Shown here piece after piece: positions 8,584 to 18,820 of a DNA stretch of 52,414 nucleotides. This DNA is from a bacterium (GTDB lineage: Bacteria > JAJVIF01 > JAGGVT01), in contig JAGGVT010000156.1 of NCBI GenBank assembly GCA_021157815.1, positions 1-52,414 of the forward strand, in the 5' to 3' direction. The notes under the pieces were generated by a model that saw only the letters and a program-made list of their open reading frames with translations, did no database searches and was not told the origin of the DNA. How positions within the stretch are numbered: position 1 is the first letter of the stretch; each line of letters opens with the position of its first letter. A program made the translations under genes and the position numbers.

Positions 8584-11229
8584 ATGAAAGTGTTTTTTGG
8601 ATTCAAATTGATTTCCTGGGATGAACGAGGCGCGTCGCTTGTAGCCATCGCGATTATTTCTTTCTTCGTGGCGCTTGTTGCTCTGACTACACTTGCGTTG
8701 ACAAAAGCTGAAATCGAGTCTGTTGATGATCAGACCAGTGTTCAGCAGGCGAAGCTGGTTGCCGAGGTTGGATTGGAGCATGCTCTTGTGGGCCTGCGCC
8801 AGGGTCAGGACGACTATGTCCCCGAGGAAACCGAGGGTCTTCGCGATATGACCATGCAGGAGTTGTCTGATTACCTGCGCGACCCGGAATCCAACAGAGG
8901 GGTTGTTTATGATGAGGATCCCGACAGAACGTATTATTCCGCAATGGAGAAAACGAATATTGAATCGACTCCTTCCCCAACCTTCGAGACCATTCCCGGT
9001 GACAGTGCAAAGATAAACCTCACTTATGTTGATGACACAACTGTTGTTCGCGACATGAAAGAATATGATTACCAAAAACGTGTCGATAAGAATGAAAACT
9101 ACATCGTTTCACTTGGTGAGTCTCGCCGCAGCGATTCAGATGCTCGAAGCGCGATCAGCGCGAAATCATTTGAGGAATCGTCCACAATACTGGAACGGCG
9201 TGAGGTTCAGACTCAGGTTTTTAATGAAAATCATCTTGACCCGCCATATATCGAATCGGAACATGATTCCTATGACAGCAGCCTCAACAGAAGCTGGGTT
9301 GTTTCATATCCGAACGACCCATCAAACCAGTATCGTGGAATAACTGGAATCAACGTGGTAATTGACCAGGCGAGTCTTGGGCTTGGTTCCGTTGGCGATA
9401 CGCTTTCCTTCAGTTCGTGGAATGAGGCGACATCATCGTTTGACCCGCCATTTGATATTCTGTCGGGACCGCTTTCTGAAGGAACGTTGATGTATCAGTC
9501 AGCTTCACCAATTCCGACCAAGGCGATTAAAATCACGATGCTTACGGATTCGACTGATGATACGGCAAATGCCACTGCCAACTACGGATTTAAAGTAACC
9601 GGAATTGAGTACCATTATGACAGCGATGTTATCGAAGCATGTTATGAAACACCCCATCCTTATTCTGAAATTGAAAACAACATTTCATTCGCTGCCAAAC
9701 CGGATTTAATCCAGGTTATCTATTCTCCTTACGCTTTGCCAACATGGCGTGTAAATCCCATTGAGAAACCGGGGGATGGCATTGTTCTGCCCTGGGACAA
9801 GGATGAGCTTGCCACGGAGTTACCTGAAAATGAAGGCAGCGGAAGTTTAAGCGAGAGCTTGTATGAAAAGATCCGTCTTAAAAATGTAGGCGGTAATGAA
9901 TATCAGGTTATGCGGATTCATTTTGACAGTGAGTTCTATATAGAAAGCGGTGATGTACTGGATGTTTTCAATGGTAATACGGGTGCGATGATTGCATCCT
10001 ATACCGGCGCTGCCGGTGCGAATGCATACACGCCGTATGCTTTCCGTTCGAATCCCGATTTCCCGCTTGCCCTGATTCTCATGCTGCGACGCGACGGCAA
10101 CAACGATGAGCTTCCCGATCCGTATGGATATAAAGTTGATATTCTTGAATACAGTGATGAGAATGGCAACAGGGCTGTTATTTACAATCCTGTGCAGGGA
10201 ACGGCTCATGCTGAAAATATTGGATACAACGACGGCATGGCTGGAGCGATGAGAACTAATTTTGTCTTCAAGCCTGGTCCGCCTGAAATGGGTGGAACAG
10301 TTACAAACTGGAAAGTTGTATTCGACTGGGACGCGGATCTTCTGAATCTGGCGTCTGATTCAGACAGAATAATTCTCAGAAGGTCAGCCATTACAGGTCC
10401 AATGGTTAATGATTTATATTTCGTTACACCGGATGGCACTTATGGAGGCAATATTGGTGTTGTTCCGGGTTATATCAACATTAGTGAATTACGCCATTAT
10501 ATAATTGATATGGGCACAAGGTTCTGGCTTGAGATAATCACTGAATTCGATACCGAGAATTCATTCGCGAGAGTTGTGTCGAACCATGGATGGAGCATAT
10601 CTCACATTGAGGTTGCTTATAACAATGCCATTGCCGTCGATAACACAGCGCCAAGGTTGAGATCATCGTCGGTTACGCTAAAGTCGGCGGAAACCTGCGA
10701 AGCGACGCTTCTGAATCTTGAGTATCCATCATTTGGAAGCGAAGCTGATAATCGTGGTGAATGGTGGGTGAATTCAAAAGACCAGAAACAAATCCTTCTG
10801 CATTTTGACCTTGAGAGTTTCCGTCTTGAAGAGAATGACGCTATTTACATTTACAATGAAAATGGCTACTTGATGAAACTTATCCGTCCGGAAGGATATG
10901 ATGATAGTGGATTTACACATGGTGGAATATACGATCCGGACAATGATGACACGGGCGGCGGGACCATTGGATTTGAATTCCCGCCCAATCCGCCTGAAGA
11001 ATTAATCGAATCGCACGGTTGGGTTATCGTTACATCCGATTCAGCTCAGATTGTGCTTATGGGTGACGGCTCACCGAATATCGGATATTCCGGGTTCGAC
11101 ATCGACCGTATTGCATACTGGAGTCCTGTGGTAAATATTCGTAACATCATGACTGAATTCAGTTCAGATGATACGGATGAGTATTCGTTTAAGGTTACAG
11201 ATCCGGTCGATAAATTCCGTCAGTATTAA
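8584..11229 (+). CDS. PilX-like minor pilin with about 4 CUB-like repeats (putative tip adhesin)
   Basis: DERG|ASLVAIAIISFFVALV (class III signal lacking E5), QAKLVAEVGLE PilX N-terminal motif; repeats with ESEH/ETPHPY, RIHFD/LLHFD, D-x-L/I and YGFKV/YGYKV/HGWSI/YSGFDI ends. Confidence 0.7.
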   Translation: MKVFFGFKLISWDERGASLVAIAIISFFVALVALTTLALTKAEIESVDDQTSVQQAKLVAEVGLEHALVGLRQGQDDYVPEETEGLRDMTMQELSDYLRDPESNRGVVYDEDPDRTYYSAMEKTNIESTPSPTFETIPGDSAKINLTYVDDTTVVRDMKEYDYQKRVDKNENYIVSLGESRRSDSDARSAISAKSFEESSTILERREVQTQVFNENHLDPPYIESEHDSYDSSLNRSWVVSYPNDPSNQYRGITGINVVIDQASLGLGSVGDTLSFSSWNEATSSFDPPFDILSGPLSEGTLMYQSASPIPTKAIKITMLTDSTDDTANATANYGFKVTGIEYHYDSDVIEACYETPHPYSEIENNISFAAKPDLIQVIYSPYALPTWRVNPIEKPGDGIVLPWDKDELATELPENEGSGSLSESLYEKIRLKNVGGNEYQVMRIHFDSEFYIESGDVLDVFNGNTGAMIASYTGAAGANAYTPYAFRSNPDFPLALILMLRRDGNNDELPDPYGYKVDILEYSDENGNRAVIYNPVQGTAHAENIGYNDGMAGAMRTNFVFKPGPPEMGGTVTNWKVVFDWDADLLNLASDSDRIILRRSAITGPMVNDLYFVTPDGTYGGNIGVVPGYINISELRHYIIDMGTRFWLEIITEFDTENSFARVVSNHGWSISHIEVAYNNAIAVDNTAPRLRSSSVTLKSAETCEATLLNLEYPSFGSEADNRGEWWVNSKDQKQILLHFDLESFRLEENDAIYIYNENGYLMKLIRPEGYDDSGFTHGGIYDPDNDDTGGGTIGFEFPPNPPEELIESHGWVIVTSDSAQIVLMGDGSPNIGYSGFDIDRIAYWSPVVNIRNIMTEFSSDDTDEYSFKVTDPVDKFRQY

Positions 11230-11317
11230 ATTTCCCGGGTGTTTAATGAACACCTTTGGGAAACAGCCTGGGATAATGGCGTTGTATCAACTAACGCCAA
11301 ACGGGAGTAAACAGATA

Positions 11318-12946
11318 ATGAGAGCATTAAGAAGTAAAATATCTGAATTAATCTCCTCTGATGCTGGTTTTACGCTTCTTGAAGTTGCGTTTGCCGGTGC
11401 GATAATGGTTATTGTCGGACTTGCTTATCTTGGAACCATCTCTCAGAGCATTTCAATCGCGCAGCTTTACACGGATCAGAACCAGGCGAATATATTAATC
11501 GAACGCGAGATAGAAGTTCTTAGAAATACGAAATTCGATACGATTCCCTTTAAGCAAACATCAGAACCGGACAAGCTCGAGGAAGTTCCGGATTATTACG
11601 ACAATATTGCAATCGCCAATCTTGATCCACTTGAACCGGGCTTTGTCGGGTCAAGCGGCGATCAGCTTGATTGCGACGATTTCAACGTGTTCGATAGTGT
11701 TCGTGCCAGCGATGAAAATAGCAAACGATGGATGGCTGTTGAAAATGGGCCTCTTGTTACAGCCGGCAGTTTTGTGCCAAGAACTGATGAGCCAATTATC
11801 ATCGATAACCCGGACGATCCAACTGAACCAATCATTATCAATCCACAGGATTATCAGTTTCCCATGGAGATTAACAGCGAAAGCCAATATGTTTATGTTG
11901 CTTTCCAGAAGTTGCAGAAAATTCACAGGATTATTTACGATAACCGGTTTAATGTTCGAGGAGACGATTCGCTTCCTGATACGGATATTGATTACCGATG
12001 CCAGCGAAACAGCATCTGGCAGAGGGATTATCAGATTTTCATTTCAGCCGATAGTGAAATAATGCCCGGTCTCCCATTCAGGCCTGATTACAATTCAACC
12101 GAGGTAATCCAGGAAGAAACGGAGCTGGGATACGGTTCAACGGGATTAATTGAGGTTTACAATAACTTTGAAGAACCGCTTGAAGCTACCGTTCTCGGTG
12201 TGGCGAATATATCTGTGGAAACGGATTTTGATTCCACATACCATTATCCTTATGCAACCGAGCTTGAAGCGTATGGTTACAAACTGGCAACATCCTATAA
12301 GGAGCGGTATGTGTTCGAAAATGGCGATGTTCATGTAGGCAACTATATAATGTTCATGCCCAAATACCTTGATTCCGGTTTCGACCTTTTCAGGCGGATT
12401 TATCTGGTTGAGGGTGAAACTGATTTCCCGCCCACACTGCAAAAACAGCCTTTGTACAGGATTCAGCTGAAGATTTACATGCATGACGATTCACGCAACA
12501 CGGATAGTTTTGTGAAGGAATTCTGGTGGCAGGAGGACGACAAGGAAATCATGGAATTTACCATGACCCTGGCAAGGAAAGTTACACCTGCTCAGGATAA
12601 CCTTCCGGGCCTGCAGGATTTGCCAAGGCATACCTACTATTATAACGATGAAGATGCCGAGTTTTCCTATACTATTCCGGGTGCGAATCGAATAAGGGCG
12701 CATTTTAGCACATTCGAACTGCAGAATTATCCGGATACCGATTACTTGGAGTTTTATGACAAGACGGGTGACCAGTACGGTGGACAGTATTTTGGGACCA
12801 TGATATCGTTATTCAGCCTTGGCCCATACAGCCCGTGGGTTGATGGTGATACAATTAAAATTCAATTCAAATCAGATGATTATGCGTCCAGTATTCCGAA
12901 CGCGAATCTTGACGGATTTGAAGTTGACTTTGTTGAAATTGATTAA
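11318..12946 (+). CDS. PilV-like minor pilin with discoidin/F5-8-like and C-terminal CUB-like domains
   Basis: SDAG|FTLLEVA prepilin motif; GGGAG RBS before ATG 11318; C-terminal YTIPGANRIRAHFSTFEL...DYLEFYD...SPWVDGDTIKIQFKSD...GFEVDFVE. Confidence 0.75.
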   Translation: MRALRSKISELISSDAGFTLLEVAFAGAIMVIVGLAYLGTISQSISIAQLYTDQNQANILIEREIEVLRNTKFDTIPFKQTSEPDKLEEVPDYYDNIAIANLDPLEPGFVGSSGDQLDCDDFNVFDSVRASDENSKRWMAVENGPLVTAGSFVPRTDEPIIIDNPDDPTEPIIINPQDYQFPMEINSESQYVYVAFQKLQKIHRIIYDNRFNVRGDDSLPDTDIDYRCQRNSIWQRDYQIFISADSEIMPGLPFRPDYNSTEVIQEETELGYGSTGLIEVYNNFEEPLEATVLGVANISVETDFDSTYHYPYATELEAYGYKLATSYKERYVFENGDVHVGNYIMFMPKYLDSGFDLFRRIYLVEGETDFPPTLQKQPLYRIQLKIYMHDDSRNTDSFVKEFWWQEDDKEIMEFTMTLARKVTPAQDNLPGLQDLPRHTYYYNDEDAEFSYTIPGANRIRAHFSTFELQNYPDTDYLEFYDKTGDQYGGQYFGTMISLFSLGPYSPWVDGDTIKIQFKSDDYASSIPNANLDGFEVDFVEID

Positions 12947-13088
12947 TATATGATACGTTTGAGATTTGAGTTATAATCGGATTTATGAGAGTATTAGAGG
13001 TTATTATAAAGTGTAAACTTTATTAAATGATGGGGAATAAGCAGTTAAATGAAACTGCGGAGGTTCGTGGAGAAAAGGCAAGTTTAAA

Positions 13089-13757
13089 GTGGCAAGAGCG
13101 AAATATCAAAATATCCTGACACCATTCCTCAATGAGGATGGGTTTACCTTGCTTGAGGCAGTTATCGCATCCGCGATAACTGCTGGAACGCTGGTTATTG
13201 TTCTGCTGTTCAGCATGCGCTCATTTGAAATAGCGAGCGAGATAAATACTGTGAACGATGTCAATCATTCGTTCAGGCGCACCCAGAGAGCTTTTGTGCG
13301 TGATGTTCAGATGGCGCAGTATTTCTTTTTTGGCGCTGATGTGGATAATGAAAACAATCAGATTCCAAATGAGTTTATTGACAGAAGAGTTTTGACAGTT
13401 GGCCGCGAGAATGAAGATGGTGAGATGATCTGGTCGCGGTACGCGGTAAAAATTGGTACCGAGACAACAATATATTATCTTCTTGTTACTACAAACGAAC
13501 TTGAAGGCGCTGAACATTTCGAGACGAATATCATCGCCACAAATGTGCAGGACATGTATTTCGTTTACTATGACGAGGATGATATTGAAACAACAAAGGC
13601 TGAGGATGTTCGTCGAATTGAAATGACACTTGTTCTCGAAGAGAATAATGTTACAGAAATGATGCATTTCTCTTCGACTCTCAGGGGAAAGAATCTTGGA
13701 GTCGCCCTTCCTGATGAGAATATTGAAGTTCATCAGAATACGAACTTTGTGAAATAA
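13089..13757 (+). CDS. PilW/PulJ-like minor pilin
   Basis: NEDG|FTLLEAVIA; FVRDVQMA; IATNVQDMYFVYYD...VRRIEMTL C-terminus typical of PilW-like proteins; GTG start. Confidence 0.75.
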   Translation: MARAKYQNILTPFLNEDGFTLLEAVIASAITAGTLVIVLLFSMRSFEIASEINTVNDVNHSFRRTQRAFVRDVQMAQYFFFGADVDNENNQIPNEFIDRRVLTVGRENEDGEMIWSRYAVKIGTETTIYYLLVTTNELEGAEHFETNIIATNVQDMYFVYYDEDDIETTKAEDVRRIEMTLVLEENNVTEMMHFSSTLRGKNLGVALPDENIEVHQNTNFVK

Positions 13758-13768
13758 AACAGCGAATT

Positions 13769-14302
13769 ATGAACTTTTTTGAAAGACATACAAATCACCT
13801 TTTGGGCAATGCCTACGATGACAGCGGTTATACGTTAGTCGAAATGCTGTTTGTATGCATGATTATCGTAACAATTGCGATGATGAGCATGGGAGCATAC
13901 AGCAAGCAGAGGAAGTTCGGAATTGAGTCGATTTGTGTCACCAAACTCAAGCAGATTGCGCAGTATCAGGAATCATACAGAGACATTGGCGACCCGTCGT
14001 TGAATCCTGATGCATCATACGGAACGTTTTTCAATTTGCAGAATGCCGGGTTCATTCCATCGTGCTTTGTGTCGGCTGATAATGAAGCTCACGATGTCGA
14101 AGCGTTTATTAGGTATTACAAGATAGAGATTGTACGATCACCGACAGGACTGACCGAGGAGCCTGATAGAAACCAATATATGGTATTTGCTTCACCGATA
14201 GGGGCGCCGTACAAGAAAATGCGGATTTTCATGATGCAGGAAGATGGTGAGGTTTATTTCTTTTCAAACAATACTGACGGTGCGCGTATAGTCTGGGAAT
14301 AA
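13769..14302 (+). CDS. Type IV pilin paralogue 1
   Basis: DDSG|YTLVEMLFV prepilin motif plus hydrophobic alpha1. Confidence 0.85.
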   Translation: MNFFERHTNHLLGNAYDDSGYTLVEMLFVCMIIVTIAMMSMGAYSKQRKFGIESICVTKLKQIAQYQESYRDIGDPSLNPDASYGTFFNLQNAGFIPSCFVSADNEAHDVEAFIRYYKIEIVRSPTGLTEEPDRNQYMVFASPIGAPYKKMRIFMMQEDGEVYFFSNNTDGARIVWE

Positions 14303-14346
14303 TGTGCATATTACTGTCAGCGGTTTCCGCGGGACAGGAGCCTGAT

Positions 14347-14847
14347 ATGAAGTTCACTGAAATGAGAGACATATTGAAAGTACATGATGACAATGGATAT
14401 ACAATCCTTGAGGTTATCATGGTGGCGATGATAATCGGCATATTGATTACCATAGGCACGGCGCATTACCTCGAAGCCAGACGGCTGGCATCGGAGCATC
14501 TATGCGCCACAAGGCTTGCCAATATCGATGTGTATGAAAAAATGTATTATCGCCAATATGCGACATACGCCACATTTCAGGAACTTCAGGATGAGGGTTT
14601 CATTGATGCGGCATATACAGCGCATGATGATGTTCTGTCCAATGCAACACCATATATCCCCGAGTATTTCATGACGTTTAATATCTCAAGTGATACATAC
14701 CAGGTGTCGGCACAGACGGTTCATGGTGATTTCAACGCCGTTTATGTTCGCTGGCGCATGTCCGGCGGACTTGAAGACAAACGGGGCATGTTTGTTGATC
14801 AGACGGGAGTTGTCAGATATCTCTATAACAGACGTCCCGTGTTTTAG
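14347..14847 (+). CDS. Type IV pilin paralogue 2
   Basis: DDNG|YTILEVIMV; CAGGAG RBS before ATG 14347. Confidence 0.85.
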   Translation: MKFTEMRDILKVHDDNGYTILEVIMVAMIIGILITIGTAHYLEARRLASEHLCATRLANIDVYEKMYYRQYATYATFQELQDEGFIDAAYTAHDDVLSNATPYIPEYFMTFNISSDTYQVSAQTVHGDFNAVYVRWRMSGGLEDKRGMFVDQTGVVRYLYNRRPVF

Positions 14848-14850
14848 TTT

Positions 14851-15399
14851 ATGACTGGAGAAAGAGTGTTTAATCATTACGGCATATTCAGTAATTCAGA
14901 TTTGGAAAGCGGCATGACGCTGGCAGAGATTCTGGTTGTCATTGGGATTATCTTGATAATCGGGACACTCGCAATACCGAGTATCGTGCAGGTAAAGCGC
15001 AGGCATTTCGAGGATATCGCGATGCTTAAGCTCAAGGATGCCGCGAATGCAGAGAAACGCTACTTTCAGCAGTACAACAGGTTCGGGAAATATTATGAGC
15101 TTGTTGATGCCGGATTCCTGCCACATGGTTACACAACGAGGCTTGAATACTGGGGCCCAATTACAGGAATAAGCACAAGACCGTTCATTGAAGCGTACAG
15201 TGTTCGATTCCTGGTGCCGGAAAGTCCGAATTCGCTCTATTTTAAAATCGTGGCGTATCCTGTTGATGAGGCGCTTGGGCTCAGGGCATTTAATGTTAAT
15301 ATGTATCTGAACTTCGAGGGCAGGCCGGATTTAATATACCAGGACCCGCCTTTGAGAAATGGATTGCTGGATGACGGTTTGCCGATAGGGCATATTTAA
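14851..15399 (+). CDS. Type IV pilin paralogue 3
   Basis: LESG|MTLAEILVVIGIILIIGTLAIP. Confidence 0.85.
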   Translation: MTGERVFNHYGIFSNSDLESGMTLAEILVVIGIILIIGTLAIPSIVQVKRRHFEDIAMLKLKDAANAEKRYFQQYNRFGKYYELVDAGFLPHGYTTRLEYWGPITGISTRPFIEAYSVRFLVPESPNSLYFKIVAYPVDEALGLRAFNVNMYLNFEGRPDLIYQDPPLRNGLLDDGLPIGHI

Positions 15400-15464
15400 T
15401 AAAATAGTCAGTTTTGGGTAATAACTATATGGAAGAAAGGTCGGAATAAATCAGGAAGAATCGG

Positions 15465-15929
15465 ATGGCTTTGAGAATGGACAGAAACAGGCAGAAAGAA
15501 TCAGGATTCACGCTAATCGAGGTGCTGGTAGTTGTTGGTATTCTTGGAATCCTCGCGGTTCTGGCGATTCCATCACTGACCGGGACTGAAAGGTCGGCGA
15601 GGGAATCGGCGTGTGTCCGGGGTTTGCGCTCACTGGCTGATGCGGAAGAGATTTACTATGTACATCAGAAGCATTATCCCGGCGGCGAGGATGGCGTCCA
15701 CTGGTTTCGCCTTAGAAGCGTAGATGCCATCGACCCGAAAGTCTATAAAGGAAGCAAGAATGATTCGTTCATTCGCGACTATTCACTGTTATTCTATTCG
15801 ATTGGCCCATGGGCGCAGGCGTATTCGGTTGTGGCATACCCGATTAATCCTGAGCTGGGGATGCGGACTTTTATTATGAAAGATGACGGTATCATCAGAA
15901 ACACTGATAACGAGCCGATTAGGGGCTAA
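15465..15929 (+). CDS. Type IV pilin paralogue 4
   Basis: KESG|FTLIEVLVVVGILGILAVLAIP. Confidence 0.9.
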   Translation: MALRMDRNRQKESGFTLIEVLVVVGILGILAVLAIPSLTGTERSARESACVRGLRSLADAEEIYYVHQKHYPGGEDGVHWFRLRSVDAIDPKVYKGSKNDSFIRDYSLLFYSIGPWAQAYSVVAYPINPELGMRTFIMKDDGIIRNTDNEPIRG

Positions 15930-15980
15930 TTTTTACAAGGCTGTTGTTTGATAAAAAAACAAAAAGAGCGGAAGCGCGTT

Positions 15981-16475
15981 ATGACTGAAAACTTTAACAG
16001 AAAGAAAGACAAAAACGGATTCACGCTGGTGGAGATACTGGTCGTTGTTGGAATCCTTGGCATAATCACAGTACTTGCGATTCCGGCATATTCGAGAGTG
16101 CAGAATTCCGCTCTGGAAGCGGGAGCGGTAAAAGGCCTGGAAGCGGTCTATAGCGCTTATCAGCTTTACTATCGCGACCACGGATATTATCCGCCCGCGC
16201 GATCAACATATACAACAGAGTTCTATCATCATGTCAGGATGTATCTTCCCAGAGACCTTACAGATGCTTCCGTTACAGACAGTTTTATAAAAGGCTACGA
16301 GTTAAGGGCGCTGACAAGGCCATTCGCTGGTGGTGTGGTTGAGAATGGGCTCATACGGGGTTCGCATTATTTTACAATCATGGCGATTCCGGTGAACACA
16401 AATCGAGGTTTAAGGACGTTCTTTATCGAACCGAACGGAATTGTTACTGACGGCAATACTGAAAACCCGATTTAA
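15981..16475 (+). CDS. Type IV pilin paralogue 5
   Basis: DKNG|FTLVEILVVVGILGIITVLAIPAY; ATG 15981 preferred over the TTG start. Confidence 0.9.
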   Translation: MTENFNRKKDKNGFTLVEILVVVGILGIITVLAIPAYSRVQNSALEAGAVKGLEAVYSAYQLYYRDHGYYPPARSTYTTEFYHHVRMYLPRDLTDASVTDSFIKGYELRALTRPFAGGVVENGLIRGSHYFTIMAIPVNTNRGLRTFFIEPNGIVTDGNTENPI

Positions 16476-16515
16476 TGAAATCGGGATGATGAAAATAAAT
16501 TCGAGGTATCGTTGC

Positions 16516-16992
16516 ATGAAAAGCTCGAAAGACATATTTAAAAATAACAGTGGTTTCACGCTGATAGAAATCCTGCTTGTTGTTGCGATAATCGCGATTC
16601 TGGTAACGATGGCGATTCCGCAAATTACCGGAACCCGCCATTCAAGCTATGAACTAAGCGCGATGCGTGCGTTGAAAGCTGTAGGCGCGGCGCAGCAGGC
16701 ATACAATAACGCATACGGCACTTTCATTCCGTATGAATGGCTGCAGGCGCGTAATTATATCTCGCCGAACTATCTCAAAGGTTCCGTTTCGGACAGGGGC
16801 AGGATAGCGAAGCATTATTCAATCAGGGTAATTATCGATGGCCCTATCACGACCCCGAGAGGTGTGAGATATACGGGATTCAGTGTAATAGCTGTCCCCG
16901 ACAGGGGTTTCGGGTTGAGGTATTTCAGATTGCAGGAGGATGGCGAAATTGAGCAAAGCGCGTCGGGAGCAGGGGGCTGGGAAGTAAGGTAG
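16516..16992 (+). CDS. Type IV pilin paralogue 6
   Basis: NNSG|FTLIEILLVVAIIAILVTMAIP; GAGGT RBS before ATG 16516. Confidence 0.9.
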   Translation: MKSSKDIFKNNSGFTLIEILLVVAIIAILVTMAIPQITGTRHSSYELSAMRALKAVGAAQQAYNNAYGTFIPYEWLQARNYISPNYLKGSVSDRGRIAKHYSIRVIIDGPITTPRGVRYTGFSVIAVPDRGFGLRYFRLQEDGEIEQSASGAGGWEVR

Positions 16993-17072
16993 TTAAATTA
17001 GAACGGCGGTTTTTCGCCTGAGATAAAATATTTTCTGAAGCTCGATCAACTAACAGTGGAGCTGCAATAGAA

Positions 17073-17549
17073 ATGGTGAATCGATTGAAAATAATAAAAA
17101 ATGATGAGGGTTTCACCCTCTTGGAAATACTTGTCGTGGCATTTATAATTTCAATTCTGGTCACGATGGGAATAACCAGTTTCATCAAAACTCGCCAGCG
17201 TGGAATAGAAGCCGCGGGCATGCATGGGATGCAGGCTCTTGGCGCGGCGATGCAGGCGTATCACAACGACTACGGCCGATTCACGAATTTCTATTCACTG
17301 CAGCCGGCATATATTGAAGCTGGTGTAAGGCTGAGCGATACATATCCGCCGAGGCCAAATCCGTTTATCAGGCACTTTTCGCTCTCATGGACCTTTGCTT
17401 CCGCACAACCGCATATATTCAGTATTAATGCGATTGGGATATATGACCACTGGCGCGCTGGAAATGACAGAATTGAGTTGATGATTACTAATAATGGAGT
17501 ATTGAAAAAACGTCAGGCGGGTGTGGGTGAGTTTGTGCCTGCGAATTAA
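17073..17549 (+). CDS. Type IV pilin paralogue 7
   Basis: NDEG|FTLLEILVVAFIISILVTM. Confidence 0.9.
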   Translation: MVNRLKIIKNDEGFTLLEILVVAFIISILVTMGITSFIKTRQRGIEAAGMHGMQALGAAMQAYHNDYGRFTNFYSLQPAYIEAGVRLSDTYPPRPNPFIRHFSLSWTFASAQPHIFSINAIGIYDHWRAGNDRIELMITNNGVLKKRQAGVGEFVPAN

Positions 17550-17565
17550 GTGTAACTGACTGGCA

Positions 17566-17735
17566 GCAGCCCGGTTTCTCATTAACCGGGATTATGACAA
17601 GTTAAGTTGTGTTTTCCCCGGTTAATGAGAAACCGGGCTACGAAGAAGTAAGTGGCATAACTGGATTTTTTGATTGAAGAGGTTATGTGCGGGTTGAGTT
17701 AGATTTTTCCCGGGAAATGGATTCCCGGGCTACAT
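17566..17735. repeat. REP-like doublet (17566-17641) plus single unit (17705-17735) inside the pilin array
   Basis: GCAGCCCGGTTTCTCATTAACCGGG / CCCGGTTAATGAGAAACCGGGCTAC (24/25 inverted); minus strand ATGTAGCCCGGGAATCCATTTCCCGGGAAAA. Confidence 0.8.
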
Positions 17736-17776
17736 AGAAAAAAACGACTGGTTCAGTGAAAGTGTTGTGAGGTAAT

Positions 17777-18247
17777 ATGAACTTCATAAGAAATAAAATG
17801 AACAATGATAGCGGTTTTACGCTTATCGAAATGGTGCTTGTGGCGCTGATGGTTCTGATTCTAGCCACGATGGCCATTGCGAGCATGCGCAGGGCGCGTG
17901 AGGCAGGCCTTGAAACGGCCGCCCAGAAAGCTCTGAAATCGCTGGCTGAATCGCAGGAAATGTTCTACCAGGACAACTATGATTACGCGGATGATTTCAG
18001 CCAGCTTCTTCAGCGATATCTGCCGCGAACATATACTGACGCGGACAGGTCGAATGGTTTTATTCGTTCCTACAGCGTCCTGTTCCAGGTAAATGGCACA
18101 CCTGTACTTGGAACGAGCCGTATCGCCCAGAACAGTGTCTATCCCAATTACACGATATACGCAGTTCCGCTTGCCAGTAATCTCTCGCTAAGAACCTATT
18201 GGATAACGCAGTCAGCGCGTGTTTCCGATTATGTGGCACTGCCATGA
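17777..18247 (+). CDS. Type IV pilin paralogue 8
   Basis: NDSG|FTLIEMVLVALMVLILATMA; GAGGT RBS. Confidence 0.9.
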   Translation: MNFIRNKMNNDSGFTLIEMVLVALMVLILATMAIASMRRAREAGLETAAQKALKSLAESQEMFYQDNYDYADDFSQLLQRYLPRTYTDADRSNGFIRSYSVLFQVNGTPVLGTSRIAQNSVYPNYTIYAVPLASNLSLRTYWITQSARVSDYVALP

Positions 18248-18260
18248 CAGAGGACAACCG

Positions 18261-18734
18261 ATGAGATTGAATATTACAAATAGATATTTGAAAGACGAAA
18301 AGGGATTTACCCTTATCGAGGTTCTCACAGTAGCCGCGATGATTGCCATACTCGCGACAGTGGCACTCGCCAGCATGCATAGAAGCAGGGAGGCGGCTTA
18401 TGAAGCGCAGGCAATCGGCGCGCTTCGAACGCTGTCAAGCATGGAATATGTTTATTTCTTCGATAACAAAGTGTTCGCTGACTGGCATCAACTGCAGGCT
18501 GTGGGTGATTTGGTCGATTCGGATTATGTCAAAGCGGACGATATGGATAACGCGTTTGACCATCCGATCGCAATGAAATACTCGCTGCATTTTGTAATCA
18601 ACGATAACGGCAGTGATTTTACAATTTACGCTTATCCCCAGTTGACAGCGCATTATTACTTGAGAGCTTTCAGTGTTTTTAGTGATGGCGCGATTAATAA
18701 CGCGGGATTTGAATTGAACCCAACATCGCCGTAG
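18261..18734 (+). CDS. Type IV pilin paralogue 9
   Basis: DEKG|FTLIEVLTVAAMIAILATVA; GAGGA RBS before ATG 18261. Confidence 0.9.
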   Translation: MRLNITNRYLKDEKGFTLIEVLTVAAMIAILATVALASMHRSREAAYEAQAIGALRTLSSMEYVYFFDNKVFADWHQLQAVGDLVDSDYVKADDMDNAFDHPIAMKYSLHFVINDNGSDFTIYAYPQLTAHYYLRAFSVFSDGAINNAGFELNPTSP

Positions 18735-18820
18735 CGGTGTTGAAATAGAAATTATTATTTTGTTTAACGAAAGAAACTGATTCTTGCTGATATGAGATTC
18801 AGATAACATCGGAGGCAGCG

